Shown here piece after piece: positions 38,556 through 50,313 of a stretch of DNA of 64,000 bases. Source of the DNA: Lepidodermella squamata (Eukaryota; Animalia; Gastrotricha). The notes beneath the pieces are model-generated. The model saw only the letters and a program-made list of their open reading frames with translations, had not been told where the DNA came from and ran no database searches. How positions within the stretch are numbered: position 1 is the stretch's first letter; each line of letters opens with the position of its first letter. Position numbers and translations under genes: made by a program. The stretch spans positions 1,240,001 to 1,304,000 of the forward strand of contig JBLDXI010000034.1 in assembly GCA_047495785.1 (NCBI GenBank), read 5' to 3'.

Positions 38556-41500
38556 CTAGAATTTGTAAGGCAGCGAGTCGATATTCAAATAATTCAAACC
38601 GTTATGTTTGATGATGGCGAAGCAGCGCTTGATAGGCAAAGCAGAATGAGGAATGAGTTGAAATTTTCGAGGTTCAGTAAATTTGACGAGGAATGACGAA
38701 TACTTCTTACAAAATCGGTCAATCTCTAGTTCCGATAACACAAAGTAAAGCTCATTCTCGTGTGAATAAATAAGTTTGATGAAGTGAAATGTCATTTCTT
38801 TGCCGGGTTCGAACCAGCCAACCTCGGGCTTCGATGTCGAAATTGACGCTCCGGTGGTGAAAAAGGCGCCATTGAACCGAATTGAAGCATGAACCCTCGC
38901 CTCGACTGGCAGCTGAAGCTCGCCCAGATCGCAGCCAACCAACTTGTCCTTCAGCTTGCTCACCTTGCCGCCTTCAACCGAGCCCGAAATTTCAGCACTG
39001 CTCAAAAATCTCCCTGATTGATGCTTCGCAATGTTAAAAATCTGAAGCATTGGGTTGTTGTAGGTTTTTGGCTCCATCTTTGATAGGCCACGCTCGAAGC
39101 CAAGTGAAGAGTAAAATCGAGCGGGACCAAAGTCGAGAATCTGCTGCGGGTAGTGGATGGAGTTATGAAACTTCGTAACGATCGCTGATTCGCCGTAGGT
39201 TTTTGCAGTTAGTTGCAGAAATTTGAATATTAAATTTTCGAGCAGTTGAACGTCTTCCTTGAAAATATGGCTCGAGAATACGAAGGCCAAAACTTGATTC
39301 AACAGGGTGACGCATCGATATTCAGGAGTTCCAAAGAACGTGGGGCTTGTCACCAGTTTGGTTTTATCGAGCACGAAACCCAATCGCGGAAGAAGTGTCC
39401 GCATTTGACTTGCATTTTGATGCGTCTTCATTTCCCCGGAAACGATTTTGAAATTAGCTGAAGGTGCGGCCTCGTAAGTTGCGATTTTGTCGAATCGATG
39501 TTGCTCGATAGCTCGGTTCAGGTCTTCATCGTTCAGGCCGTAGCTGGTTTTTGCCTTGGTTAGGGCGCCGGTGAGGGTGTAATCGGCCACACCTTCAAGG
39601 TAGTCATGGGCCGGTTCACTAACGATGCACGCCGGGAAAATCGGCTTCAAATGCCGAACCTCGATGAACGCTGAGAGATGGCCCGTGAAACCATATTTGG
39701 ACATGCTGTGAAAAATAAGGTTATTTAGCTAGATAGTTTGAGAATAGGATTTGTTTAATTTTCAAAACAATTTCGAAAAAATTGATTTAAAATATTGTAT
39801 AGCAATTTCGAAAATTTGAATTTGAAATTTTGTATACGTATAGCAATTTTGAAAATTTGAATTTAAAATTTCGTATACGTATAGCAATTTTGAAAATTTG
39901 AATTTAATTTGAACATTTTCTGATCCATTTTTATTAAATTAAATTAAAACATTTTCGGAGCCACTTTTATTAAATTTAATTTAAAAATTTTCAGAGCGAT
40001 TACTGAATAAAAATTTATTTCATATTAGGGGTGATTGATGAGCAACGATACCCGAAGAGATGAGCAGCGATTTTACCCGAAGAAATATACAGGAAACACT
40101 CAGAAAATCCCATTGTTAACTGTTTTGGTCATTTTGCCGGGTTGGACCAAACTTCTTCGGAATCTTTTATTCCTATTAAAATGCTTGCCTAATATTCTCG
40201 ACCTTTTGTAAATTTTCTGTAATTTTTCCGGCCATGATATGTGACAAAATTGAAGATTAAGAAACTCTAATGGGACTTATAGGACACGATGGCGAAAAAT
40301 TAGAAACAAATCAAGCTAGCAGTTGAGTGACAGTAATATTCTTACATGGCCTTGCGATCAGCTAGCCTTGTCGAGGCTATCTCTGCGGACTGAGCGATGA
40401 GGCGTTCGGAGGTTCGTAGCTGAACATCGGTCGCTACGAATACTTTGCCAAAGTCGCCGCGAGGCAATTCACATTTGCTACAGGTAAGCTTCGCCGAAAA
40501 CGACTCGAACAGGCCGATCAGCTGATGTTGAGCCAGGTTATCAGCTAGACCACTGATCAACAGGATTTGTACTGATTTGTTTTGAACGATAATTGGCGCA
40601 GTAGTTTCCGTTTCGACCTTTTTCACAACAGCATTCAAAGCTACAAAACAGGATGTTTAATTTAGTGACCCCCTGCGGTCAAATTAATCGAACCTGTTAT
40701 TTTCCTCGTGTCTTTTGGAAGTTCACAACTTTTGGATGCAGCCAGCAGGAAATGATATTCAGGACTGAAAAATAGTAATTAAAAATCTCGGTGCGATAAA
40801 TAGCCACGAAAATGTCATATTTATCGCAATATTAATTCTTCGCAAATGGATCTCAATTGCTAGAAATTTTTACCTATAGTCGTATCGATTTTAAATTATT
40901 CAACTATTATAGCGAAAAACCACGAATTCGCAAAATAAGACCCGACCTCAAAGCTTGCCCTCCTAATGGTTGTATAACTTCCTAATTTAGTCATAACTAA
41001 TCCCAATTATTCGAAAGCGACTTTTTGAGTTCTAGGCGTTCTACTATGGACTTATCTGATCAGTCCGAAAATTTAACGTTTTGGGAAAATCACTTACATT
41101 TTCTCGAATAACCTTGCCACCATTTTCCACTGAAACACCGCCATTTTCTGACGATTTACGTAAGTGCCCAATGCCGAAACTGAGACGAACTCGTCGAAAA
41201 ATAGAAAAAAAGGAACGACATATTCACAAGGGCTTTGCTCGATCAGCTGGCGAATAACCGCTCCGTCCAATGGTGACGTGAGAACGCCGGTATCATCAGA
41301 CTTCAAGAGGCTCTCCTTTTTGAATATATTCAACAATGATGGCTTGCTGTTGAGGAGATGGCCAACTTGGGTTGCGATCGATAAATAGCGAAACGACTCG
41401 CAGGCTTCAGCTTCGCATGGCGACAGAGCAGCTAGCAATTTTTGACGATTGAACGTCGTCAGCATATTTTCGAAAATTTTGTCGAAAATCAAGCCGCATG

Positions 41501-41903
41501 AATTCGGCTTGAAGTGTTGCAACAAGCAGCGAACGAGACGCTTAGCGATAAATTGAATTACGAAACTCGTGATAGATTCCGTAGCCGCGAATTCGAACTT
41601 CAGTTTGAAGACAAGGTCCAACAAAGCCACATTCAGAGTTTTACAGAGCACGTCCTCCGCATCGAGTTCGAGTTGAAAAACCTCGGCAGGTGTCGGTTGG
41701 TCGGATTGATCATCACCAGTTAGTAGCCCTGCGAAGACGTCATTCGAGGTCGAAGGTACTGTTGCGGGCTTCGGAGGTTGCGGTACAGTGCAGGTTTTTT
41801 GGTGCTTATTCCGAGATGAACGATTACCATGAAAATCGGTTTTGCAGACGTCACACACGACCGGTTGCTTTCCAGCATAAGGTTGATAATTTAAATCATC
41901 CAT
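38556..41903 (-). CDS. CMC/EnSpm-type DDE transposase, 773 aa, 4 exons
   Basis: Exons 41903-41098, 40764-40694, 40640-40346, 39705-38556 total 2322 nt in frame. N-terminal CxxC...HxxxC finger; FFDEF, ADNLAQHQLIGLFESFS...CSKC, AHDYLEG, KFHNSIHYP...FGP...GFER motifs. Confidence 0.9.
39798..39906 (+). repeat. ~41-bp tandem repeat (~2.7 units) in a transposase intron
   Basis: tatagcaattt(c/t)gaaaatttgaattt repeated three times. Confidence 0.8.
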
Positions 41904-42359
41904 ATCCTACGGATAAATTATTTTTAAATTTCCAATACTTCATTAGACGTAGCAAAAATTACACACTCACGAATTTATTTATAATCCCCGTAAGTTAAAA
42001 ATTCAACAAAATTCAATGCTATTCTCGCTTTAATTAAAACAACAAACAAGGATTAAATCATCGCTCATCATTCGGAAACAAATCGAAAATCAGAAAATTT
42101 TAATTCATGTAACAGTAAAAAAATGACTGTAGCAATAGCAACCAATAGCAACAACAAATATTGTACACCGCAAGATCATCGGCAAATTTCATCACAAATT
42201 ACAATACATTTTTAAAGAGATTGATTTCGATACATGAACACGGACAGTTTAGCATGAAAATCCATCGAAACTTTTCGCAGTACGCTTGAACAAAGAATGG
42301 CAGGTTTTTGGTGAACAATTATTAAAAATTTTCGAATATAACAAAAAGCGTTTTCTACG

Positions 42360-44429
42360 TTAATTCACACGTGACCGGGTCGAGTTTCGAGTCGATTTTG
42401 TCGCGGGTTTCGGAGTTACTGTCGGAGTTGCTGAAGAACTCGCGCCAATGACACGCGAAGGAAGGCGCTTGGGCGAACGAGTCGATGACGGTGACGCCGA
42501 TCGTTTTGTTGCAACGATTGGGGTGGTCGCTGCTGCTGGATGTTGAGTTGGGGCCGGTTGAGCTGCGGCCGGTTGAGTTGAGGCCGGTTGGGTGCGGGGC
42601 CGAGTTTCGACTGCCGGAGTTCGTACCGCGGCGTCTGCGTCGATGACAACTGGTTGATGCTGGCCTTCCAGGTCGTCAAATATGTAGTCTCGGTCCTGGA
42701 TTCGATCGTCGTCATCGTTTTCGACCGGGTTTTCGACCGGGTTTTCGTTGGCGTGTTCTTCGGCTTCATCTTCATCGGCGACGTTGCGTGCCGCGAGAGC
42801 CCGCTGTTTTTGCCGCTTTACGTACTTCCGGTTGGAACACGCCTTGGCGACTGATGAGCGAAACATTTTCTAGAAGAAAAAACATTCCAATTTCAAAAAA
42901 TTTCAATTCAATTTTAAAATGTCAATTTTAATTTTAATTTCAAAATTTTAATTTTAATTTCAAAATTTTAATTTTAATTTTAATTTCAAAATTTTATTTT
43001 CAATTTCAAAATTTTTTATCCTCAATTTCAAAATTTTATTTTCAATTTCAAAATTTTTTATCCTCAATTTCAAAATTTTTTTTTAATAAATTTCGCTTTT
43101 CTTGAGTATTAAAAATGCGAAATTGATGATAATCCAATAATCTTGACAAACCTGATGGTCAGCCGAGTCGAGCAGCATTCCGGCGCGGTCCTGGTGCGTT
43201 CGACGCCACAACGTCTTAACCACATTAAGCGCAAACGCATAATCGCCCCGGTCGAAGCGGCGTCCCGGGTTTTGCCGAAGTAGTTCCTCGCATGTGAATC
43301 GCACTAGAGTCTTGTAGGTGGTGAATAGGGTTCCAGCCACCCACTCGCGATAGAGAGACGGGTGCGAATTTTTCATCGACTCCAACGTAATGGAAAAATT
43401 AACGGGCTCATCCTGAATGCAAAATCTAGTTTCAATTTTTCGGAAAAAAATCGAAAATGAGCTACAGACCTGTGGCTTCATGTTTTCACCCGCCATGGGT
43501 TCCTGCGGTCGCTTTGCTGCATCGACAACTAGCTGGCACGCGATACGGTGCGCGATCAGTGGGAAAATCTGCGAGATGTACTCCGGCGTCAACGCCGATA
43601 TGGTTGTTCGGTCAAGCAATTGTTCTGAAATTATTGAAGATAAATTAGAGCACTGAAATTATCACAGATATTATTCAGTTATTATTACTACTGAGTAATA
43701 AAATTGGGCCATAACATGCCCAATAATCAAAAAACAATCCTTAAAAAGCCAAAAATCAGGGTTGAATAAGAGCCACATTTTACCTGGCGTTAGCCATGCC
43801 TTGTACCTGTTCTAGAAAATTTGGCCCGCCAGGATTCCCCATTCAAATGTTTTCACGGCTCAAAGTTAGCACTTTTCTTTCGATTGTGGCCAAAAATATG
43901 TTGGAAAAATTCGAAAAATGACGAAAACAACGAAAAACGAAAAAACAACGAAAAATAACGAACACAAAAAATAACCAGTGTCAACGGGGTTTTTCGGGTT
44001 TTTCCGGTAAATTTTTTACTTCTTCGGTTAAATCGAGGATAAAAGACGATATACTCTCGGTGGGTTAAAAATAAAATAATTGGTTAAATTTCCGACAAAA
44101 AGTTGATGAATTTAAAATATTTGCTCAACTTCAGGGACACGCTGTAAAGTAAGGTAAACAAATTCCCGTAATTTTTTTCGGTTGTGAAACTCAAGGGGAA
44201 ACTAAAAAATTTGAAAATTTAGGGCGGCTCACCATGTGAAATTAATTACAATCAATAAGCTTTAAAAAAATTTATTAGGGCGCAACTTTTATATGAAACC
44301 CGCGTTACTAGAACATTAAAAAAAACCGAAATTACCGCTAAAGACGTTGATGAGTGCGGCCCGGTAATCCGGGTTATCAACACCAGCTTCGTCCACAAGC
44401 CCAGTGGCAATGGCGACGTAATCAACCAT
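42360..44429 (-). CDS. Transposon accessory protein with N-terminal SAM-like domain, 339 aa, 4 exons
   Basis: Exons 44429-44336, 43624-43470, 43412-43152, 42869-42360 total 1020 nt in frame. Splicing creates LINVFSEQLLDRTTISALTPEYISQIFPLIAHRI (SAM pattern); basic, acidic and Pro/Thr-rich tail. Confidence 0.75.
42895..43085 (+). repeat. AT-rich (AATTTCAAAATTTT)n minisatellite in an intron
   Basis: Directly visible tandem units. Confidence 0.8.
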
Positions 44430-45285
44430 GTCGCTAATACTGGTTATGCAAAAACAATTTCCTCTATAAATAACGGAAACAATAAAAATTAAATTCATGG
44501 TTGGAAATAATGATAAACGCGCAAAAATGTTAACTAACAGGCAACAAAACAATCTTTACAGGGGGTGATTTCCAAGTTATAATTCATGGTTGGTAACAAA
44601 TTTAAGGTGGATGCGAGCGGGGATAGCGTTTGCACCTGAGACTCGTTCTACTGGGTGGGTGAAAGCACTGAAAACTAGAAATGCCGCTAATGGTCACTAG
44701 TTACAAGGTCAGTCGCGTCATCAAATAGCAGCGTTAAACTAAGCTCCGCCCAACTCCCACGACCGCGACGAGATAATCGCCCACCTGTGGCTTTGCGTGC
44801 GCATTGTGGACCCGGCGCGGCCTGATATTTGAGCGATAGGATGAAAGGCGTTACAGCGCATCGTGCGAGAGGCGAGAGGGCGAGGAGCGAGGCGGCGAAC
44901 CGCGGCCATGATAAATCATACGACGCCGATTTTATCTAAGTATTCAACAACAGCGCGGTATGAATACTAAAACATGGTTCTAGGACCTATGACCGAATAT
45001 TATTGAAAGCAAAAGTGACACCAGCGGATAACTGAAAGGTATCAAAAACGGCAGGTCATAGGTGATAAAAACTACAGCCACCATGTAACGCGTCACCTCG
45101 ATTAGTAAAGTTTTATAAAACAAATAAAGGTTTACCAAGCTTGCTGTGTGCATTCGAATAAACAAGTTAACCAACCGCAGCACGGAGACACTCAACGCGC
45201 GTAAAAAATTGTGAAAAAATTTGGGACTGACGTTCAGCAAAGTGATAAATAACAGCAGGCGAATACGACGTTTAGGAAGAATGAA

Positions 45286-45684
45286 TTAACCAGTTTTCAC
45301 ATTTTTCATTAACATTTCAGTCCCTAATATCCGCCGCTTGTTGGTAGTAGCCCATATTTGAGAGGCCAAGCCAATTAAAAAAATAAGCGGATTTAAAAAA
45401 AAACATTTAATCAAGAATTTTAATATTTTGAACATGGGTATACTTAAAATGTTGGCCGCTATGGAAAAAATCCGGTAATTCAGCGCCTTAATTAATTTCC
45501 GCTCATATTTCATGACGTCGGCCGACCAGTCCCCTTTCGGCCGCATTATCTCATATGACCTATGAACCCGCCGCCCGCTATAATAAAATCTTGCAAAATT
45601 GTGAAAATCATGACCACTTTTGGCCGCGAATTTTGCCGCGGAAATAATAACCGTGCGCACGCAATGCAAAAGCGTGGATGGCAG
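45286..45684 (-). other. Possible cyclin-box-like ORF/exon inside the CACTA element
   Basis: LLHCVRTVIISAAKF...DVMKYERKLIKALNYRI resembles cyclin helices 3 and 5; upstream exon not resolved. Confidence 0.4.
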
Positions 45685-46593
45685 CTAAACCACGATCTTC
45701 GCAACGCTAATTGATCTAAAACGCTGCGGTAAAATTCAACTAATATTTGTTAATAAAGTAATATAGTCAACAACCGCATCTACATGAATCAATTAGCATG
45801 ATCCACATGAATGACGAGTTTTAATAATGCCTAGACGTCACAAAATTCTAAAACAACAAAAAAAGGAAAATCAGAGGCGCCTCGCTTAAATATTCGTCCA
45901 CGAAATTAGAAATTGAAATTGAGGGGATAAGATAATAAATGCAATAGAACCGAAGTGCGCAGACTAGTGCGCGACCATTGCGCGCGCGCACGTCGCGCGA
46001 AGGCGACAGCTATATTGTTGCGCGCTATTGAGTGGGTCATTCACTCTTTTACGTGCAAATCTTACCTAATGAGTGCGTGACTAAAAAGACATCGTAATAC
46101 GCGCGCACTGATGAGCGCCGTCGCCTTATTGAAAGAAGGTGACCACGCGAATAAGAGAGGTGACTAAGGAGGCTATTTTTATCAGTGCGTTTGAATTAAA
46201 ACGACTGAATCCTTCCTAAAGTAAGAGCCAGCGATTTCCCAGACAATGTCACGGGAAGCGTTACGCTCAGATGATGTTTGCGGGGGGAGTCTATCATTGC
46301 AGCCTATTGTGGCTATATTAAAAGGAAATAATGTCGCTACTCGAGCGGGAAACGTAGCTCATAGGGTTCAGTGTTGATCATAATTCATTTCGCGACGTAT
46401 GGGACCACTTAGCAGCAGGATTTCTGACGTATCAAACTAACATTAGGAAGCAAAATGGCGAGTTAGTCTAAAAGGAAGTTAAACATTCAAACAAATTGAT
46501 CTCACGCAAGGCACATCGTGCAAATGCAGTTTTTATTAGCGATCCGAGAACAAATAATTGATATTCAACATTTTTGTTAGCTGTCTCAACGTT

Positions 46594-46750
46594 CAGGGCG
46601 CGAAGTATGGGGGGAATGAGGGGTATCGTACGGGTTCGGCATGCCAAAGTGGAAAACACCGAAAAAACCCACAGGGGGGACCCTGTGTTCATAAAATTTG
46701 TGCCCGAAATACCCCTTAGTTCGAGGATCCCACTTCGCGCATTGTCTCTG
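46594..46750. mobile_element. hAT-like MITE related to 52437-52615
   Basis: cagggcgcgaagt ... acttcgcgcattg inverted ends; imperfect 8-bp flanks tcaacgtt/tcaacttt; shares an internal caca(g)nGaccct block with the 52437 element. Confidence 0.6.
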
Positions 46751-47256
46751 TCAACTTTAATCAATAATACGTTTCAGGGCAACTCTGGGTTTTCCATATG
46801 TCAAGGAGGACGGGAGCATCCTATGGGTCTCAATCTATTAATCGTCGTCGAGTCGCATCGCATCGCATGGCGACATGCCGAGTAAGCAATAATCATGCAC
46901 AGGGACGTCAACTGAACCCGGATACCAGACGGATTCGAGAGCAAAATAGCAGCCAGGCCATCCACAACTCCTTAATTTACTGTAATTGTAATATATAAGT
47001 ATGTGGGTATGCGGACCATTTGCCCTCGACTTGCATGTCCCTTGTCATCCACATCAAGGCACAACAGTAAACAAGAACAACGCAGAAAAACCTCGAAGAA
47101 AATGTATGACCCAAAGCTGGAGAAACAACGTTAAACCGATGCAACATATTTTTAGAGCAGTGCTGTTCACTCTAACAGTTTTTAACAACAGGATAAATTC
47201 GAATTTAAATTAAGTATTGTTACAGAAAAACTGCGAAAAAAGCAATTGTTGCTTCA

Positions 47257-48486
47257 TTAGGTCGAGCTTGTAGCTGCTGAAACAGTGTTGCTGCGAAACC
47301 TTTTTGTTGGCATCTTGCCTTTCCAGCGAGTGTACAAATTTCCGACGGCGTCAAATCGTTTCTCAAGAAATGATGGTGAGAGAGATTGCAAAATAGCGGA
47401 TACAAGCGAGCCGAAAATGACGACGCAAATTGCGAATTTGCGGACCCAAGCCTCCTCCACAACGTAAGCACCGATACTCCAAGTTGAGACTGTGAATCTG
47501 GAAAAAAAACAACAACTCAACAATTAACACTTTGAAAAATCGACCTACGTTGACCAGAATGCGGGTAAAAAGGTGATGACAAAGATGACAAACATCAGCA
47601 CAGAAACTTTCATCAGGTAAATTTCTCGACGCTGCCATCGTTGGACCGCTTTGAGGTGGACAGATTTTCTCGACTGAAATGTGTTGCCTTGTGTGCTGTT
47701 TTGGCTTTCACTTGCTTTCGACACTGTGATTGATTTGAACGCCTTCCAGTAGTTGTAAGCCAGAAAGGGAATCGCAAAGCTGTAATTTGATGCGTAATAA
47801 ACAATCATCAGAAACGAAGTGTCGAAATCGTTGATGAAGCTGAAGTCCCACTGTGTGCAGATGGCGATTGGGCGGTCACCATTCACACCCGTAACAATCA
47901 TTGTCTTCACTGTTACTGTGTCGAATGGCCAAACTAGGAAAGCCAAGCTCATCAAAGTGCATGAAACGAGCATAACGAGAGCCATAGCCAGTATCTTCAA
48001 GGTGTTTGCTCGATAATTGATCGATTTCGAGGACAAGCACAATCGCCGTTCGTAGGATATCAAAGAGTCGATGTTGGTTCCGTAAATGCCGGTAATCCAA
48101 GCGCTAACGAAAAAACCTTTGCAGGCCCAATCAGTCCATTGCCACCATCCAGTTTCCACAGTTCCAATGTATAAAATGAGCATAGTCACCGTGAAGGAAA
48201 TGCTGCGTATGTGGGAGATGATTGCCAGCATTAGAAAGTCGCGTTTGACCCCACGTCGAACGTAGGTTTTTATGTTAAAAATACAAGCTGCTATCAGCGC
48301 TACCAACAAAATGGAAACTATCATCGGGAATATCAGACGATCAGGCATGCCACGAGCTGATAAGTCGTGTGCATAGCCGATAAAATACTCTTTCGGGTTG
48401 CTGTAGCCTTGCTGGGGAAGGTTGACCCTTATCCAACCACTGTTCACCATCTCAGCTCGAGGAATACTTTTTTGAGACATGTTCAT
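47257..48486 (-). CDS. Divergent rhodopsin-class 7TM receptor, copy 4, intact (392 aa)
   Basis: Exons 48486-47549 and 47497-47257 total 1179 nt; same intron position and motifs as copy 3. Confidence 0.9.
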
Positions 48487-49102
48487 GGCGTGGAAAATGA
48501 TTCGACTGAAGGGTTTGAAAGTCTTTCGCCTTCGATGTCGAATATGACCTTGGCGTAAACTATATGCTCGGACTTGCTTTTGTTCCAGTTCACGCTGAAA
48601 GTTGATGCTGAATCTATGATTGCGCGGAAATGCTGTTTTTTTTGCTCAAAATTATTTACTCCTCCGCTGGATTTTCTGAATATCAAACTGGACTTCAGAG
48701 CTGTTAAATGCGTGGTAACTGAAAGAAATGCCGAACTTAACAGAAGACATCTGTCTGAGAGTTATCTATTGTGTCGGTGCAGTCTTTGCACTGTCTGTTC
48801 TATTCAGAATGCACGTCATGTTTTCTGGCTTCGATCCCGAAATGGCCAAGCGTCAATATTTTCAGAACAATTCTTGACAAGTGGATATACCCCTTAACAA
48901 GTTAAAAATGGGATGGGAAAAAAGTGTGTTGGCGTGGAGAGGAACGACTCCTTGGGACGACGTAGCTGAGGTGAGCTGGTTATTTATCATGGTGAGCTTG
49001 TTCATGGTTCAGCTGAGGTTTGGTTCAGGACCTAACAATTTATAAGAGAGTCATCAATGCTCCCTCGAGCATTTTTAATTGAAAAATCATGATGTTTTTT
49101 AT

Positions 49103-49317
49103 GACTCAAAAATGAAAAACCAGTCGCCTAATCCGACATGTTTCAGCTTTTATTCAGCCATCTTCAGGGTCTGACAACAAGTAAGGAAATCAACAATCAA
49201 GTTTCGAGACTAATATTAAAACAAGTTTACCAATTTTGTCACCAATCGTTTTTTTCGTGTAATTATCAAAAATTAATCAAAAGAATCAAAGACTGAAATA
49301 AATTGTATGAGTAATGA
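49103..49317 (-). mobile_element. 215-bp retroelement insert (Penelope pLTR/retrozyme-like)
   Basis: 12-bp TSD GATGTTTTTTAT (49091-49102, 49318-49329); empty site visible in the paralogous flank near 27195; contains a hammerhead motif. Confidence 0.8.
49123..49178 (-). ncRNA. Type I minimal hammerhead ribozyme
   Basis: GUUGUC aga CC CUGAAGA u GGCU gaauaaa AGCU GAAAC au GUC^ GG auua GGCGAC: complete core, 4-bp stem II, palindromic ACAUGU stem III, stem I with internal loop. Confidence 0.82.
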
Positions 49318-49368
49318 GATGTTTTTTATATTTCTCTCAATTATTTATGCGCAAATGGGTGAATGATA

Positions 49369-50154
49369 CAGTAGAAATAAAGTCTTGTCTTCGTAGCTGA
49401 ACGCTGGCACGTGTCAAGTTTTCAAATGCATTCTTTTCGCACGAGTTTTTCAAAAACATCCCTCATTACAATAAAAACTAGCGCACAAGCCGCACTATTT
49501 TTTTAATTTCGTGCATAGTGCGATCAGGTAGCATTTGTATCAAATGCAGCTTTGTCGTATAAAGTGTCGATTTTTCGACCGTTTCTTCATTGCTACTATG
49601 AATGCATGTCTACGTCTTACCCAATAATCTCTTGATATTTTTGAAGTCACTACCACTCAGAAGCTTTAAAGCTGAGTACTTTCATTCCGACTAACCACTA
49701 ACCAAATTGACTGCCATCTTTGGCAGAAGTTCGTTTTCGGCATTGTCGATTCGAAGCCATCCCGTCTAACCTCTCACAGAAAGGTCTTTCTGGGGCTAGA
49801 GGGCTGTTCTCATTTCGTCATTAGGGTTCAATTTGTCGCGACCCAGCAGAAAAACTAGCTCTTCAAAGCTATGCGATTCCGCAGATTCGGCGGATTAGGC
49901 GGATTAGATGGATTAGGCGGATTAGAGGGTTTGGGTGGATTAGTACATTTTTAAGTTAGATCATATCACCAATTTTGCAATCCTATCATCGGTATTCTGT
50001 TTTTAGGACCTCGTCTCTTTACTTTATTGAATTTTGTGAATGAATTGGACAATTTACCGTAAATAACACGCTGCCACGTGCAAAAAATAATTTCCTGGAA
50101 ATGTTGACAGCGCGTGCCTCTGTTCTTCAGTTGACAAGACTTTTTATTTCCACT
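49369..50154. mobile_element. Tc1/mariner-type non-autonomous element
   Basis: TA|CAGTAGAAATAAAGTCTTGTC ... GACAAGACTTTTTATTTCCAC|TA with ~80-bp imperfect TIRs; empty site gaatgctaagtgct near 27238. Contains (GGCGGATTA)n at ~49889-49942. Confidence 0.75.
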
Positions 50155-50313
50155 AAGTGCTACGTTAATAATGTATTCCATATAAATATTCATGGTAGTA
50201 AAATAGCGCTGTTCACACAATTGCGAAACAACAGGTAAAATCCGGTCTAGAATTGTCGATCAACGCATTGATAAAACATGATTAACGCGAGAAAAATCGA
50301 CAAAAGCAAACGA

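Larger units (their letters stand above)
38016..46187 (-). mobile_element. Full-length CACTA/EnSpm (CMC superfamily) transposon, 8,172 bp
   Basis: Ends CACTG...CAGTG; 23-bp TIR 18/23 identical; 2-bp TSD CG (38014-15 and 46188-89). Removing it restores ttcatagcgtttgaatt, matching the empty site upstream of copy 2 (ttcatcgcgtttgaatc); 46188-46450 is homologous to 32120-32360. Confidence 0.93.

Noticed and set aside
42851-42870. CTGATGA-GC-GAAAC hammerhead-like string (similar strings near 32885, 46108 and 63904)
   Set aside because: No viable stems I-III; this one is the antisense of a coding exon.
44980-45240. 86-aa hydrophobic ORF as a fourth transposon gene
   Set aside because: Non-ATG start, composition typical of T-rich non-coding DNA, no motif.
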